A DNA stretch of 64,000 nt from a virus (IMGVR_UViG_2974606035_000001:3086-67085); one strand, 5' to 3'. Positions 18,504-27,831 are shown, counted from the stretch's first letter. A program made the numbers and translations. The notes: generated from the letters alone by a model not told the origin.

Positions 18504-18856
18504 TAATCTTTCCTATTGTTAATTGGTGGATAGTAAACTAAGCAACGTTTTTCTTGTAAATCTTGGCGATAGAAGCAAACCATACCAGTCAGTCGTGAAA
18601 TATATGAATATTCTGCCTCACGGCATTTTGCCAACATATTCCAATCTTTATATGGTACAACAACTACTACGCCATCTTCCCCATTTGTAGCTAATTTCTT
18701 TTCAAACTTAAAGTCAAAGCTACAAGGTTGAAGTCCTTTAGGCCAGTCTACATGAGCTTGTTTTAACTCATGAGATGGCTCTGGTTTTATCTCTTCTGCA
18801 CAGCCTGTGATTGTGATTGCGGCTGCGAGCAGTATTCCACACTTCCAGAAAGACAT
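18503..18856 (-). CDS. lipoprotein (lipobox ITGC), candidate o-spanin
   Basis: signal peptide + Cys; overlaps upstream TM/coiled-coil gene by 70 nt. Confidence 0.45.
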   Translation of the reverse strand: MSFWKCGILLAAAITITGCAEEIKPEPSHELKQAHVDWPKGLQPCSFDFKFEKKLATNGEDGVVVVVPYKDWNMLAKCREAEYSYISRLTGMVCFYRQDLQEKRCLVYYPPINNRKD

Positions 18857-19230
18857 GCTAATCTCTCCTCAAATTCTTTACTCTGCTTTTTAGCAATTAA
18901 TGTTACCAATCCAGGCTTTGCAGCTATAATATCTTGGCGACTAAGTGCTTTATCAAGCTGCTTAATCTTTTTGTCTAGATCTGCTTGCGAAATATTATTC
19001 ATTGTGAAATACTGATTCATTCGAGTCTCCCGAAGTTCGCTTTCAGCTTTCACCTTATTAAGGGAAGTCTCTAGAGAAGAGATCTTTTTAGTCGCTACTG
19101 CAAGATCTCCCGCTAAAGTCTCCACTTTATCTACTAAGTGATAAGCACCGAACCCGATGCCTATCGCTAGACCTGCTCCCAGGATATACCACTTACCTTG
19201 CCACAAGGAACTAATAAAGTTTTTTATCAT
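18787..19230 (-). CDS. N-terminal TM + coiled-coil protein, candidate i-spanin (Rz-like)
   Basis: architecture; overlapping lipoprotein gene. Confidence 0.45.
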   Translation of the reverse strand: MIKNFISSLWQGKWYILGAGLAIGIGFGAYHLVDKVETLAGDLAVATKKISSLETSLNKVKAESELRETRMNQYFTMNNISQADLDKKIKQLDKALSRQDIIAAKPGLVTLIAKKQSKEFEERLACLSGSVEYCSQPQSQSQAVQKR

Positions 19231-19907
19231 CTTTTCATATTCCTAAAAGAAGTAACAGTATCAAATCCATGTGCAGCTAAGCGATCCTTATCTGAAATCG
19301 TAATAGTATTTGGTTCTCCAGTTCCAAGCACCCCCCAGATATATTGCTCAACCCTCTGGTGTAATCGGTATAAGTTGCTTTCAACTTCCTGCCACGGAAT
19401 ACCTGATAGATGTAGGCGTGGGTTAGTTATAGCCTTGAAATACTTATTACTATCTTTATCATTTGGAACTACTGAGTCTAGAACTGCTAAGGGTACTCTT
19501 AACTCAGCTAAGGCTTCTTCGGCTTTAGAGGTAACTTCCTCTTGCCAGGATAGGATAGATTCTTTTGGCTTCCCCCTATTTATATCTAGCAGAGAAAACC
19601 CCGTTGACCATCCATTCTCTTTCAGAACTTCTAATGCTTTGTCTAGGTTGAAAGTTTTTACTTGAGTATCCAATACATCAATATGGTACATCCAGTAAAT
19701 CTCTCCTGCTAGGAAAAACGGTAGAATTTTAAAGTAGCCGTTCTTTTCACCAACACGAGCAATTATACGTTCTTGCATAATCATGTAGTTGCCATCATCG
19801 GGAGCCTTTATTGTTAACTCTTCAGTTTTACGTTCCCACACACGATCAGGGTCGAACAAACTGTTCTGCAAATCATACACATCGGCGAACTTAGAAATAA
19901 TCCTCAT
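19227..19907 (-). CDS. hypothetical protein (226 aa)
   Basis: ORF track; promoter consensus 19938-19967. Confidence 0.55.
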   Translation of the reverse strand: MRIISKFADVYDLQNSLFDPDRVWERKTEELTIKAPDDGNYMIMQERIIARVGEKNGYFKILPFFLAGEIYWMYHIDVLDTQVKTFNLDKALEVLKENGWSTGFSLLDINRGKPKESILSWQEEVTSKAEEALAELRVPLAVLDSVVPNDKDSNKYFKAITNPRLHLSGIPWQEVESNLYRLHQRVEQYIWGVLGTGEPNTITISDKDRLAAHGFDTVTSFRNMKR

Positions 19908-19984
19908 ATTTAATCCTCTTGCCTCAATCTATAAACATATTATACAAAAGTTTGGGCATCTAAGCAACTAAAATTTTATTATAA

Positions 19985-20020
19985 AAATAGCCCAGTCGCA
20001 AAAGTGCAGGCTGGGCTTTG
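19985..20020 (-). terminator. hairpin AGCCCAG..CTGGGCT + T-run
   Basis: seen directly. Confidence 0.45.
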
Positions 20021-20061
20021 TCATTATTTGCTTTTGCTAGTAAGTTGATTTAGTATCAATC

Positions 20062-20442
20062 TTATGTAATATTAGTTTCTCTAGCTTTGCGTAGTACCCC
20101 TGCATTTCTCCACAATTTGATATCGGCAACTGTTTCTTTATATGGAGCAATGGTAGAACCAATTGGGCCAGCAACTAATAGTCCAAAGAACCCTACAATA
20201 CGCATGTAGAACAAACATTCTTTGGCTGTCATTTTCTCTACTGCCTTTTTCTGCTTTTCATCCTTAAATTCATGTTCCTGATCATCAATACGTAGATATT
20301 TAACAAACCATTCAGCAGAGTATTCGTCCAAATGTCTAATAATAGCTATTGCGTACCCAGCACCTATTAAAAACCAAGTTGTAACAAGGATTAGTAATGT
20401 AGTCATATCATCTCCAGTTATGGCTAGCAGCCACCTCACCAC
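20062..20442 (-). CDS. membrane protein (126 aa)
   Basis: ORF track. Confidence 0.5.
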   Translation of the reverse strand: MVRWLLAITGDDMTTLLILVTTWFLIGAGYAIAIIRHLDEYSAEWFVKYLRIDDQEHEFKDEKQKKAVEKMTAKECLFYMRIVGFFGLLVAGPIGSTIAPYKETVADIKLWRNAGVLRKARETNIT

Positions 20443-20516
20443 TTACCGCACTAAGGGGCACGACTCCCTTATCCGTAACAGTTGCAGGTGACGCAACTCG
20501 GTCCTACGCGAGTTCT

Positions 20517-20801
20517 TTACTCCCCAAAGTATTTAGCTTTGAGTTGTTTCATCTTGCGGGTTTTACGATAGAATCCGTAGAGAGCTACTGGCCCTAATAA
20601 TGTGTCAATTATAATAAACATCACTAGGGCGATCTTGTATCCCTTTTCCGCACCAAAGAAGATTAAGGTATCTGGAGAAGTTCGCCACAGATGCTCTAAT
20701 AATACAGCCTTGTTTTTCGAGAAGAACACATCGTCAACACAGCTGTAAATCGCAACCACAGATCCAATGACGAACCAAAGAGCAAATGGAGAGATAATCA
20801 T
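20517..20801 (-). CDS. membrane protein (94 aa)
   Basis: ORF track. Confidence 0.5.
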   Translation of the reverse strand: MIISPFALWFVIGSVVAIYSCVDDVFFSKNKAVLLEHLWRTSPDTLIFFGAEKGYKIALVMFIIIDTLLGPVALYGFYRKTRKMKQLKAKYFGE

Positions 20802-21136
20802 TTCAGATCCTTTTCATTAATTAGAATATTAGTAAACAGTGGAGTAAATCCTAGACTCATAGTGGGTCCAAAGGTTTTCATAGCTACCCATAACTGCATG
20901 GTAATCATCCCATCTTTAATCTCTGGATCTTTATACTCCTCGATACGTTTTTTGGCAAAGGCAACTACATCTGGAATACTACCGTTCTTTACAACATGAT
21001 CATGCCAAAACTGAGCGTTTTCACTTCGTAGGAATGTTAAAACATCCTTAGTTGCTGGAATCTGCACTGTGCTATTGATGTTTAGTCTTTTCATGTTCTT
21101 TTCCATGTTACTCTTCTCCTTCAAAGTCGCAATCAT
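20798..21136 (-). CDS. hypothetical protein (112 aa)
   Basis: ORF track. Confidence 0.5.
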   Translation of the reverse strand: MIATLKEKSNMEKNMKRLNINSTVQIPATKDVLTFLRSENAQFWHDHVVKNGSIPDVVAFAKKRIEEYKDPEIKDGMITMQLWVAMKTFGPTMSLGFTPLFTNILINEKDLK

Positions 21137-21470
21137 AACGACAAGTAAAAGAACTGGAGCTATTAGTACGTTGAGTAGTTATTTCACCATGTTTACTAAT
21201 AGTAACGGCTGGAGTAGAGAAGTTTTTATTAGTATATATTTCTACTTTACCATTACGTTCCTTAACATCACGAACTTTACCATACTCGGTAATAATGCCA
21301 TTCTGTTGAACTTTAACATTACCATTTTTCATAGAAACTTTGGTAGATGCCAGAGAACCGAAACTAACTGTGGAGATCATCAGTGCAATAATAAACTTAT
21401 TCATCTTCATCCTCCCCACTACAATCACGACATACATCATAATCGTTGAAAGAACGTTCGTGAGCTTCAC
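21108..21470 (-). CDS. secreted protein with signal peptide (120 aa)
   Basis: MKMNKFIIALMISTVSFGSLAS. Confidence 0.5.
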   Translation of the reverse strand: MKLTNVLSTIMMYVVIVVGRMKMNKFIIALMISTVSFGSLASTKVSMKNGNVKVQQNGIITEYGKVRDVKERNGKVEIYTNKNFSTPAVTISKHGEITTQRTNSSSSFTCRYDCDFEGEE

Positions 21471-21678
21471 ACCACCAAGAACAAGAATCGCAGAGGAACA
21501 TTTCGGTTTTCTCCAGTGCTTGACCTAAAAGATCATCAGCTTCCTCAGCAGTAATCTTCAATCCGCACACATCTGCCACACGTTCTTTAATTAAACGACC
21601 TGCTTCGTGGTAAGACATACAGGTTCCAGCAACATCATGCTCAAGAACATGAACAGCACAGTCTAGACGAGTTTTCAT
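21397..21678 (-). CDS. Cys-rich acidic protein (93 aa)
   Basis: ORF track; promoter consensus 21700-21738. Confidence 0.5.
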   Translation of the reverse strand: MKTRLDCAVHVLEHDVAGTCMSYHEAGRLIKERVADVCGLKITAEEADDLLGQALEKTEMFLCDSCSWWCEAHERSFNDYDVCRDCSGEDEDE

Positions 21679-21754
21679 TTCAAACCTCTCTCATCAATTT
21701 ATAAACATATTATAGCAAGAAAAGAGAGGTTTAGCAAATGAATTATTTCAGAAT

Positions 21755-22102
21755 TTAGTCATAGCACCACCATAACCCACGCTTACGCATGTCATGATCG
21801 CGATTATAATCATAATTTTCTGGATCTTTCATCACGCGGTGGAGTTCTTGGCGATTCCCTTGACGAACCATTTTATTAGAGTGCCACTTAACATTCTTAC
21901 TAATAGAATTCCAGTTATAACCATCCTTTTTCTCATTACGAATGGTTGCTTCCTTCATTTCTTTTTTGATGTCATCCCAGGATTTGGCATAAATAACACG
22001 AATCCAGTAGCCATTTTCTTTGAGGAAAGAATATTCTTGGGAGAATTGTTCTTTAGACTTCCACCACTGATCACCAGATTGTCTACGATAAGTACGGCTC
22101 AT
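21755..22102 (-). CDS. hypothetical Trp/Lys-rich protein (115 aa)
   Basis: ORF track. Confidence 0.5.
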   Translation of the reverse strand: MSRTYRRQSGDQWWKSKEQFSQEYSFLKENGYWIRVIYAKSWDDIKKEMKEATIRNEKKDGYNWNSISKNVKWHSNKMVRQGNRQELHRVMKDPENYDYNRDHDMRKRGLWWCYD

Positions 22103-22181
22103 ATTACCTCCATTAAGTCTTTTAAATTAACCTAATGTGGATGAATTTTATTATACATATATTATGTACCTCTATACAGAA

Positions 22182-22218
22182 AAACCCCAGACTACTTATT
22201 CAATAGCTGGGGTTTGTT
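22182..22218. terminator. bidirectional terminator CCCCAG..CTGGGG
   Basis: seen directly. Confidence 0.55.
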
Positions 22219-22223
22219 ATTAA

Positions 22224-22538
22224 TTACAGATCGGGGCGTTCATCTTCGGAATAGCCTGAGCTGATTCCTTCTCCGAATCCTACAAAGCCATCAAATTCAT
22301 CATTTGAGATGCCCATAATCATTGCTTCCATTTTTCTAATCTCCGAAATTTTCATGCCTGCTTTACTATTCTTATAGTATTTGCGAGGGTTCCCACACAT
22401 CCAACAAGAACAGATGCAAGGGGTAGTAGTGATAATACCTAACCGCTTAGGGCTTTCTTCATGTGGGAAGACTGTCCAATACTTCCTGCGGTTGTTCTTC
22501 ACACGTTGCCGGTGATGGCGTCTTAATGCTCGATCCAC
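22224..22538 (-). CDS. Zn-ribbon-like protein (CICSCWMC, 104 aa)
   Basis: ORF track. Confidence 0.5.
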   Translation of the reverse strand: MDRALRRHHRQRVKNNRRKYWTVFPHEESPKRLGIITTTPCICSCWMCGNPRKYYKNSKAGMKISEIRKMEAMIMGISNDEFDGFVGFGEGISSGYSEDERPDL

Positions 22539-22619
22539 ACATTTCTCCTAAAACTTGGGAGATAAATGGAGTTTGCTCGACTACCTCACGTAGTTCGGAG
22601 AAATCGTACCCAAACCCCA

Positions 22620-22988
22620 TTACATCGCCTGAGTAAATGTACGACTAATAACGTCGTTCTGTTGTTCACGCGTCAGTGCATTAAAACGTACAGCGTATCC
22701 TGAAACACGGATAGTTAATTGAGGGTATTTTTCAGGATGTTTCTGTGCATCCAAAAGCTGATCACGACTTAACACATTGACATTTAGGTGTTGACCACCT
22801 TCAATTTGAGGGGCGACTTCCACTTTGACTTCACGGAAGGCTTCGGGATCGAATTGTGGTGTGATACCTTCTAGATCTTCAACTAGAACTTTCTGTTTAA
22901 GTTCACCGTTGTCGGAGTATAGCTGAATAATCTGATTTTCATGAACAAGGTTAATTACGCCAGATTTAATATTTTGATACGCTTTCAT
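22620..22988 (-). CDS. autonomous glycyl-radical cofactor protein (GrcA/YfiD-like), RVSGYAV motif
   Basis: C-terminal glycyl radical signature RVSGY; 122 aa. Confidence 0.65.
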   Translation of the reverse strand: MKAYQNIKSGVINLVHENQIIQLYSDNGELKQKVLVEDLEGITPQFDPEAFREVKVEVAPQIEGGQHLNVNVLSRDQLLDAQKHPEKYPQLTIRVSGYAVRFNALTREQQNDVISRTFTQAM

Positions 22989-23010
22989 TAGATCTCCCCG
23001 ATGTTAGAAT

Positions 23011-23084
23011 TTGGTAGTTAGTAGCGGATTTGAACCACTGTAGTCGCTCCGTATGAAGGAGGTGCATTCAACCATTCTGCCAAC
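23011..23084 (-). tRNA. tRNA, anticodon CAU (Met or Ile2), tentative fold
   Basis: encoded CCA, T-arm GTGG/TTCAAAT/CCGC, loop TTCATAC. Confidence 0.35.
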
Positions 23085-23097
23085 CCAGCAGAACCCG

Positions 23098-23307
23098 TTA
23101 TTTCAACGGGATTTCTTTTTCAATAACAGGGGACTTGTCAGTCATAACTGTCATTGCCATTTGTTGTAGAAATTCAAAGGTGAAGGCTACACGTTCTTCA
23201 CCAATCTCTATTTCTACGCGTTTCTTTTGTTTGTCGATCTTAACTTTTAGGTTATCAGCCATTAGAGAGTACAGTACTGGTAGTTGGAAATACTGCAGAT
23301 GAAGCAA
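23098..23307 (-). CDS. hypothetical protein (69 aa)
   Basis: ORF track. Confidence 0.4.
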   Translation of the reverse strand: MLHLQYFQLPVLYSLMADNLKVKIDKQKKRVEIEIGEERVAFTFEFLQQMAMTVMTDKSPVIEKEIPLK

Positions 23308-23506
23308 CAGTGTTTAAATGCTTTCTCCAGTCTAGGTTAAATTGTTTTCGAAACTCTTCATAAGGTTCTTCTGGATAAAAGCTAAAACCTCCTTTCTCAT
23401 CGTTCAGGATAACAGAGCCGTCAGTTTGTTCGTATGCTCGGTATGTTTCTCCAATAACAATAACTCGTTTATCGGTACTTTTATTACGAAACTCAAAAAC
23501 GTGCAT
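23255..23506 (-). CDS. hypothetical protein (83 aa)
   Basis: ORF track. Confidence 0.45.
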   Translation of the reverse strand: MHVFEFRNKSTDKRVIVIGETYRAYEQTDGSVILNDEKGGFSFYPEEPYEEFRKQFNLDWRKHLNTVASSAVFPTTSTVLSNG

Positions 23507-23522
23507 AATGTTTCCTTAAAGT

Positions 23523-23598
23523 TGGAGCGGCTAGAGGGAATCGAACCCTACTCAGCGAGGCTTGGAAGGCCTGCGACACAACCCGTGTGCTTAACCGC
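23523..23598 (-). tRNA. tRNA-Gly (UCC), 76 nt incl. CCA
   Basis: hand-folded: acceptor with one GU, T-loop TTCGATT, anticodon loop CTTCCAA. Confidence 0.5.
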
Positions 23599-23606
23599 TT
23601 ATTGTT

Positions 23607-23684
23607 TGGCAGGGGATATTGGATTTGAACCAATGATCTCGACTTCAAAGGCCGAAGCTTTAGGCCAGGCTAAGCTAATCCCCA
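23607..23684 (-). tRNA. tRNA-Gln (UUG)
   Basis: hand-folded; U1-U72 mismatch; loop CTTTGAA. Confidence 0.5.
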
Positions 23685-23690
23685 ACTATT

Positions 23691-23766
23691 TGGCAGAAGG
23701 TAGTGGGTTCGAACCACTGATCAGGGTTTCAGAGACCCCAGCCTTAACCGACTTGGCTAACCTTCT
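23691..23766 (-). tRNA. tRNA-Gln (CUG)
   Basis: perfect 7-bp acceptor AGAAGGT/ACCTTCT; loop CTCTGAA. Confidence 0.5.
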
Positions 23767-24325
23767 TCTTAATACTTTTTGGATCTTTACCTGTTAAGGA
23801 TTTATAACGTTTACGTAGTCCATTATCAGACAGTCCCAGCTCTTTTGATGCTTTAACCCACGAATAATTTATTACCCAATATTCTATTTGCTCTGCTGTA
23901 ATAGCAGGGTTATTTTTAGGTTTACAATCAAAACAAGTTTTAGCTGAAGAACTTATTTGTTTACTACAATAAGGGCACTTGTTGCCCCCTACTATATGTC
24001 CTCTTTCAAGTGTAGTTTTTACTCTGTGATCTTCCTTGGTCATGACAACTAGGTTATCCAGGGCAAAGTTCAATTTATTCCTATCTTTGTGATCCACCTC
24101 CAGTTCAGATTCTAGCGAAGGTAAATCTTTAAATACTCTAGCCAATAATCTATGCAGTACAACAGAAACATTCTTACCCCGTTCATAGAACGTTACAAAC
24201 GGGTATCCTGCACTGCCTAAATGATGTGTAAGTAATTTATTACTCTTGGTAGAGTAAACCTCTCCATATGGAGAGATTAAGTATTTGGGATACTCCGGAA
24301 TTACTCTGAAATTCTCTAATTTCAT
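23744..24325 (-). CDS. HNH homing endonuclease (193 aa)
   Basis: EVDHKDRNKLNFALDNL..H motif; Zn ribbon CPYC..CFDC. Confidence 0.65.
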   Translation of the reverse strand: MKLENFRVIPEYPKYLISPYGEVYSTKSNKLLTHHLGSAGYPFVTFYERGKNVSVVLHRLLARVFKDLPSLESELEVDHKDRNKLNFALDNLVVMTKEDHRVKTTLERGHIVGGNKCPYCSKQISSSAKTCFDCKPKNNPAITAEQIEYWVINYSWVKASKELGLSDNGLRKRYKSLTGKDPKSIKKKVSQVG

Positions 24326-24326
24326 C

Positions 24327-24527
24327 TTACTCTACAGGAACCGTGGCGATTGGCTCAGATTCTTCCAAACGTTTGCCTTCATGATCTACTCGAATAACTC
24401 CGCATCCCTCGCAAATCACAACAGCACCGTAGCCTTCTTTAACTTCAGCTTCTGTAATCAAACCAGAAAGATCACCAGTATCTCTGCCCCACATATCAAT
24501 GGAGCATTGTTTGCAGAAATCAGCCAT
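24327..24527 (-). CDS. small Zn-ribbon protein (66 aa)
   Basis: CKQC...CEGC. Confidence 0.4.
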   Translation of the reverse strand: MADFCKQCSIDMWGRDTGDLSGLITEAEVKEGYGAVVICEGCGVIRVDHEGKRLEESEPIATVPVE

Positions 24528-24552
24528 ATTTTATTTCCTATTTAAGTTAATT

Positions 24553-24629
24553 TGGGGTGGCTAGTGGAATTCGAATCCACATAGGCCTGATTCACAATCA
24601 GGATCATTAACCAATTATGATATAGCCAC
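24553..24629 (-). tRNA. tRNA-His (GUG), 77 nt with extra 5' G
   Basis: perfect acceptor GTGGCTA/TAGCCAC; anticodon loop TTGTGAA. Confidence 0.6.
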
Positions 24630-25193
24630 AATTGAAAACTCGCAGGGTTAGCGAAACCATCCTCAATTAGCATGTTCTAGAATACTAATCAAGTTATCTC
24701 CTATTGCACGCAGCTCAAGACGAGTACGAATTTTCAATTGTGGCGGCTCTCAGAAACTCTTCTCCTCTAGCCTTAGCAGCTTACTCCCGAACGCATGTCG
24801 GGTAAGTCTTACTAAGAGCATCAAGTAGCACCGTTACACTTTGAGCCATAGATGTATCAAGAAGCAGAAGGACTTGAACCTTCACGAGATAGACCATTTA
24901 TCTCAGCCGCTTTATGAGGTATGTTGTAGGGAGTGGATGTTCCCTATAAACCTTTTAGGCAGCCCCGTCTACCGATTCCGGCATACTTCAAGAATTTTTA
25001 TAACCCAGCAGAAGCCTCATTCAAAGCATCAACGATAGCCTGCTGTTGAGTCCATCCTCTACCAGTAGAATTAACATGTGGAAGATATACTTCCCAATAA
25101 CCGTCTTCTAGTAGGGTTATTTGAGCACTAAACTCTGTGCCATCAGTTAGTGTAACCTTCACAGTTTTCGTTAAAGACATATATTACCTTATA

Positions 25194-25283
25194 AGTTGGC
25201 AGAAGATAATGGAGTCGAACCATCACCGTATCGCTACAGCGGGCTGGTTTTCAAGACCAGTTACGTACCACTACGTCCTATCT
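25194..25283 (-). tRNA. tRNA-Ser (UGA), class II long variable arm
   Basis: acceptor AGAAGAT/ATCTTCT; loop CTTGAAA. Confidence 0.55.
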
Positions 25284-25299
25284 TCTAGTATTTATTATA

Positions 25300-25647
25300 C
25301 TAATAGTCGCTCGTACTAGTGAAGTTTTCTACTTTTCCACAAATTTTACAAGTCCTACGATGGTAGTAGGTAATTTTTACTTTAGACCAACCATCGTGAT
25401 CATTACCTAGGTTTTCTGTTACTCCCCAAGTATGAGAACACTCATTTTCAATTTGCTTAGTAAGAGCGTTATAGCGAGTATAAAACTCCTCCTGAGCAAT
25501 AGCAAACTCTTTCTGTAGTTTATCACGAGCAATAATAGCACGTTCCAGATATGTTAAATCTGGCATTCCAGCTTTTTCAGCAGCATCTATAATCTTATCT
25601 TCATCTAAAGATGCTAAAAACTCTAGAGCTTTATCTTTTGCTAACAT
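25300..25647 (-). CDS. Zn-finger protein (115 aa)
   Basis: CSHTW..CKICG. Confidence 0.5.
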   Translation of the reverse strand: MLAKDKALEFLASLDEDKIIDAAEKAGMPDLTYLERAIIARDKLQKEFAIAQEEFYTRYNALTKQIENECSHTWGVTENLGNDHDGWSKVKITYYHRRTCKICGKVENFTSTSDY

Positions 25648-25663
25648 TATTACCTCAAGTGTT

Positions 25664-25754
25664 TGGCAGAAGAGGAGAGATTTGAACTCTCAAGCCGTTT
25701 TACCAGTCAACCACTTTCCAAGCGGTTTTCGTCGCCAATTCGATTTGCTCTTCC
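25664..25754 (-). tRNA. tRNA-Ser (GGA), class II
   Basis: T-arm GAGAG/TTCAAAT/CTCTC; loop TTGGAAA. Confidence 0.5.
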
Positions 25755-25760
25755 GTTGTT

Positions 25761-25845
25761 TGGTGGGTTAGGAGAGACTCGAACTCTCACGCACTTAAGC
25801 AAGGGCTTCTAAGACCCTCGTGGCTACCAATTACACCACTAACCC
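25761..25845 (-). tRNA. tRNA-Leu (UAG), class II
   Basis: perfect acceptor GGGTTAG/CTAACCC; loop CTTAGAA. Confidence 0.55.
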
Positions 25846-26060
25846 CAAATTCTTTAGTTTACTAAGGCTATTAGCTCGGCGTAACTACAGCACCTTCGCT
25901 TCGAGCGGAAGGAACCGCGTCATCTCGCAAACCCGATACACTATTCAGTTGCCGCTGAATCTAGTGGACTAATCTAGAACTTCTCCCGAATCGTAGGGAT
26001 CGTGCTTTTTGGCAGCCAGTCCTAGGTCGAGCTAATACCTTAGTGAACTATGATGAGGAT

Positions 26061-26113
26061 TTCTCCTCATCAATTTATATAAATATTATAACAAGAAATT
26101 AAGCATCAAGCAA
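26061..26113 (-). promoter_or_regulatory. early promoter (TTGCTT-17-TATAAT + leader) with no ORF downstream; likely drives tRNA operon 25194-25845
   Basis: consensus copy located inside 3' end of 122-aa ORF, pointing into tRNA genes. Confidence 0.5.
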
Positions 26114-26474
26114 GTACATTTTTAGCGATTTCTTGCAGTTCCTTTACATCACGAACGTAAAGGTAATCAGAGCTTCCAGAGTGCATACTTTGCATAACTA
26201 CACCTTCATCTGGTGCATTATCCTTCAGAGTAATTCCTAACCAGAACTCGGCAAAACTAGGTGTTATCTCACCTTGACTTGCCTTGAATACATCATATTC
26301 TGTAAGTTCTTGACCAGTAGATAATCCCAAATAGACAGAACTAAGATCTATCTCTTTATGAGACTCATAAAACTCCGTTAGATCTTTCTCCATATCCCAA
26401 CCATGCTGTAACGCGAACTCCATTGCCACATGACTGAAATAACCTTGAATCTTGCTTGATAATTGCATTTGCAA
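26106..26474 (-). CDS. hypothetical acidic protein (122 aa)
   Basis: ORF track. Confidence 0.5.
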   Translation of the reverse strand: MQMQLSSKIQGYFSHVAMEFALQHGWDMEKDLTEFYESHKEIDLSSVYLGLSTGQELTEYDVFKASQGEITPSFAEFWLGITLKDNAPDEGVVMQSMHSGSSDYLYVRDVKELQEIAKNVLA

Positions 26475-26493
26475 TTCCTTATTTTGAGTTAAT

Positions 26494-26567
26494 TGGTACT
26501 CGGTGATAGAATCGAACTATCGCAACCGCCGTGTAAAGACGGGGTTCTCCCATTAAACTAACCGAGC
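26494..26567 (-). tRNA. tRNA-Val (UAC)
   Basis: loop TTTACAC; T-arm GATAG/TTCGATT/CTATC. Confidence 0.5.
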
Positions 26568-26571
26568 AATT

Positions 26572-26650
26572 TGGTAGATCGCCTGGGACTCGAACCCAGA
26601 ACCTTCCGATTAAAAGTCGGATGCTACTAAACCTATTGAGCTAGCGATCT
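26572..26650 (-). tRNA. tRNA-Lys (UUU)
   Basis: perfect acceptor AGATCGC/GCGATCT; loop CTTTTAA. Confidence 0.55.
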
Positions 26651-26839
26651 ATTAGTAACCATTATACACTTCTTTAATAGAGTGGACTTTTAAGTAAGGG
26701 TGATTAGTACTAAACTCTACCATTACTTCATCCCAATTTTTACCATAATGAGCGAGTAAGGATTTTGGTGTATTCTTACCTAAACGTTTGTCACTTACTA
26801 CTAATCGAAATACTTTCATTTCGAAATCCTCTATTAAAA

Positions 26840-26915
26840 TGGTAGCGGGTTCCAGTACTGCCCTGGACTTACTTAGCTTATGAGACTAAGAAGAACTCTA
26901 TGCCTCCCACCCGCA
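26840..26915 (-). tRNA. tRNA anticodon CAU (Met/Ile2) with atypical T-loop
   Basis: loop CTCATAA; T-loop GGCAGTA unusual. Confidence 0.35.
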
Positions 26916-26921
26916 ATTGTT

Positions 26922-26997
26922 TGGTCAGTGCGGCAGGACTCGAACCTGCGACCCGAAGCATCCAAGGCTCCCACGCTACCAACTGCGCTACGCACTG
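26922..26997 (-). tRNA. tRNA-Pro (UGG)
   Basis: perfect acceptor CAGTGCG/CGCACTG; loop CTTGGAT. Confidence 0.55.
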
Positions 26998-27457
26998 TTA
27001 ATTTTGTTAATTTTGTTAACTCACTTTATAAAATATATTATACAGAGAATTAAACATAATAGCAAATAAATTTTTAATAAATTTACTTATTGTGTAGGCC
27101 ACCTGGAGGCTACCAACCACACGGCTGACAAAGAAGTTTGCGAGACTTCTCTTAACTGCCAGAATAGACCCGCCGATCTATCGGAACCTACATAATAAGT
27201 AAACTTTATAGTGTCATTCTAGACAGGACTCGAACCTGTTATCACTTGTGCGGACTTACGAGAACCATTCTTTCACTCGAATCGAACGAGCTTCTGCCCT
27301 CGCCAAGCTGGTTTCCCCATCAACCACGCTAGAATGTTTGATTGTTTTCAGTGCAAGAGTCCGAGTCTTGGACACGACCGCTTCGCAAGTACATAGGCAG
27401 CTTATCATGAGTCGGCACTTCCGAATTGCTAGCTCCGTGTTCTGCACTGAGATTTTG

Positions 27458-27805
27458 TTAATTTAATAGTAAAGTACGATCTACTTCACCATTAATTGTT
27501 CGGCATTCTTCTGGAATTGCTGGTGTAGTCTTATATTCCCACCATTCAGAACCATCATATTCACCACGTTCTAACCAAGTTCCATCGGCAAACCATACAT
27601 TACCATAAAGTAGTTGTCCACCATAACCAGAATCATACTCAAAGTCTAGGTTATTAAGAAAATCCACAATATCTTCTTCTGTATACCCCAGAGGTAATAC
27701 CCAAACTTTTTTGTCCCCATAATACCCGAATTCTATTTTAATACACTTAACTTCAGAATTAGTATTTTTTAAGGCAAGTAACAACTCTTCTTTAGCATTA
27801 CGCAT
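27458..27805 (-). CDS. hypothetical protein (115 aa), Trp/Tyr-rich
   Basis: ORF track. Confidence 0.5.
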   Translation of the reverse strand: MRNAKEELLLALKNTNSEVKCIKIEFGYYGDKKVWVLPLGYTEEDIVDFLNNLDFEYDSGYGGQLLYGNVWFADGTWLERGEYDGSEWWEYKTTPAIPEECRTINGEVDRTLLLN

Positions 27806-27831
27806 AGTATATTTCTCGTGCTAGTTTAATT

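Noticed and set aside
23342-23797. ORF 23342-23797(+) 151 aa
   Set aside because: It overlaps three hand-folded minus-strand tRNAs and an 83-aa minus ORF, and has no RBS.
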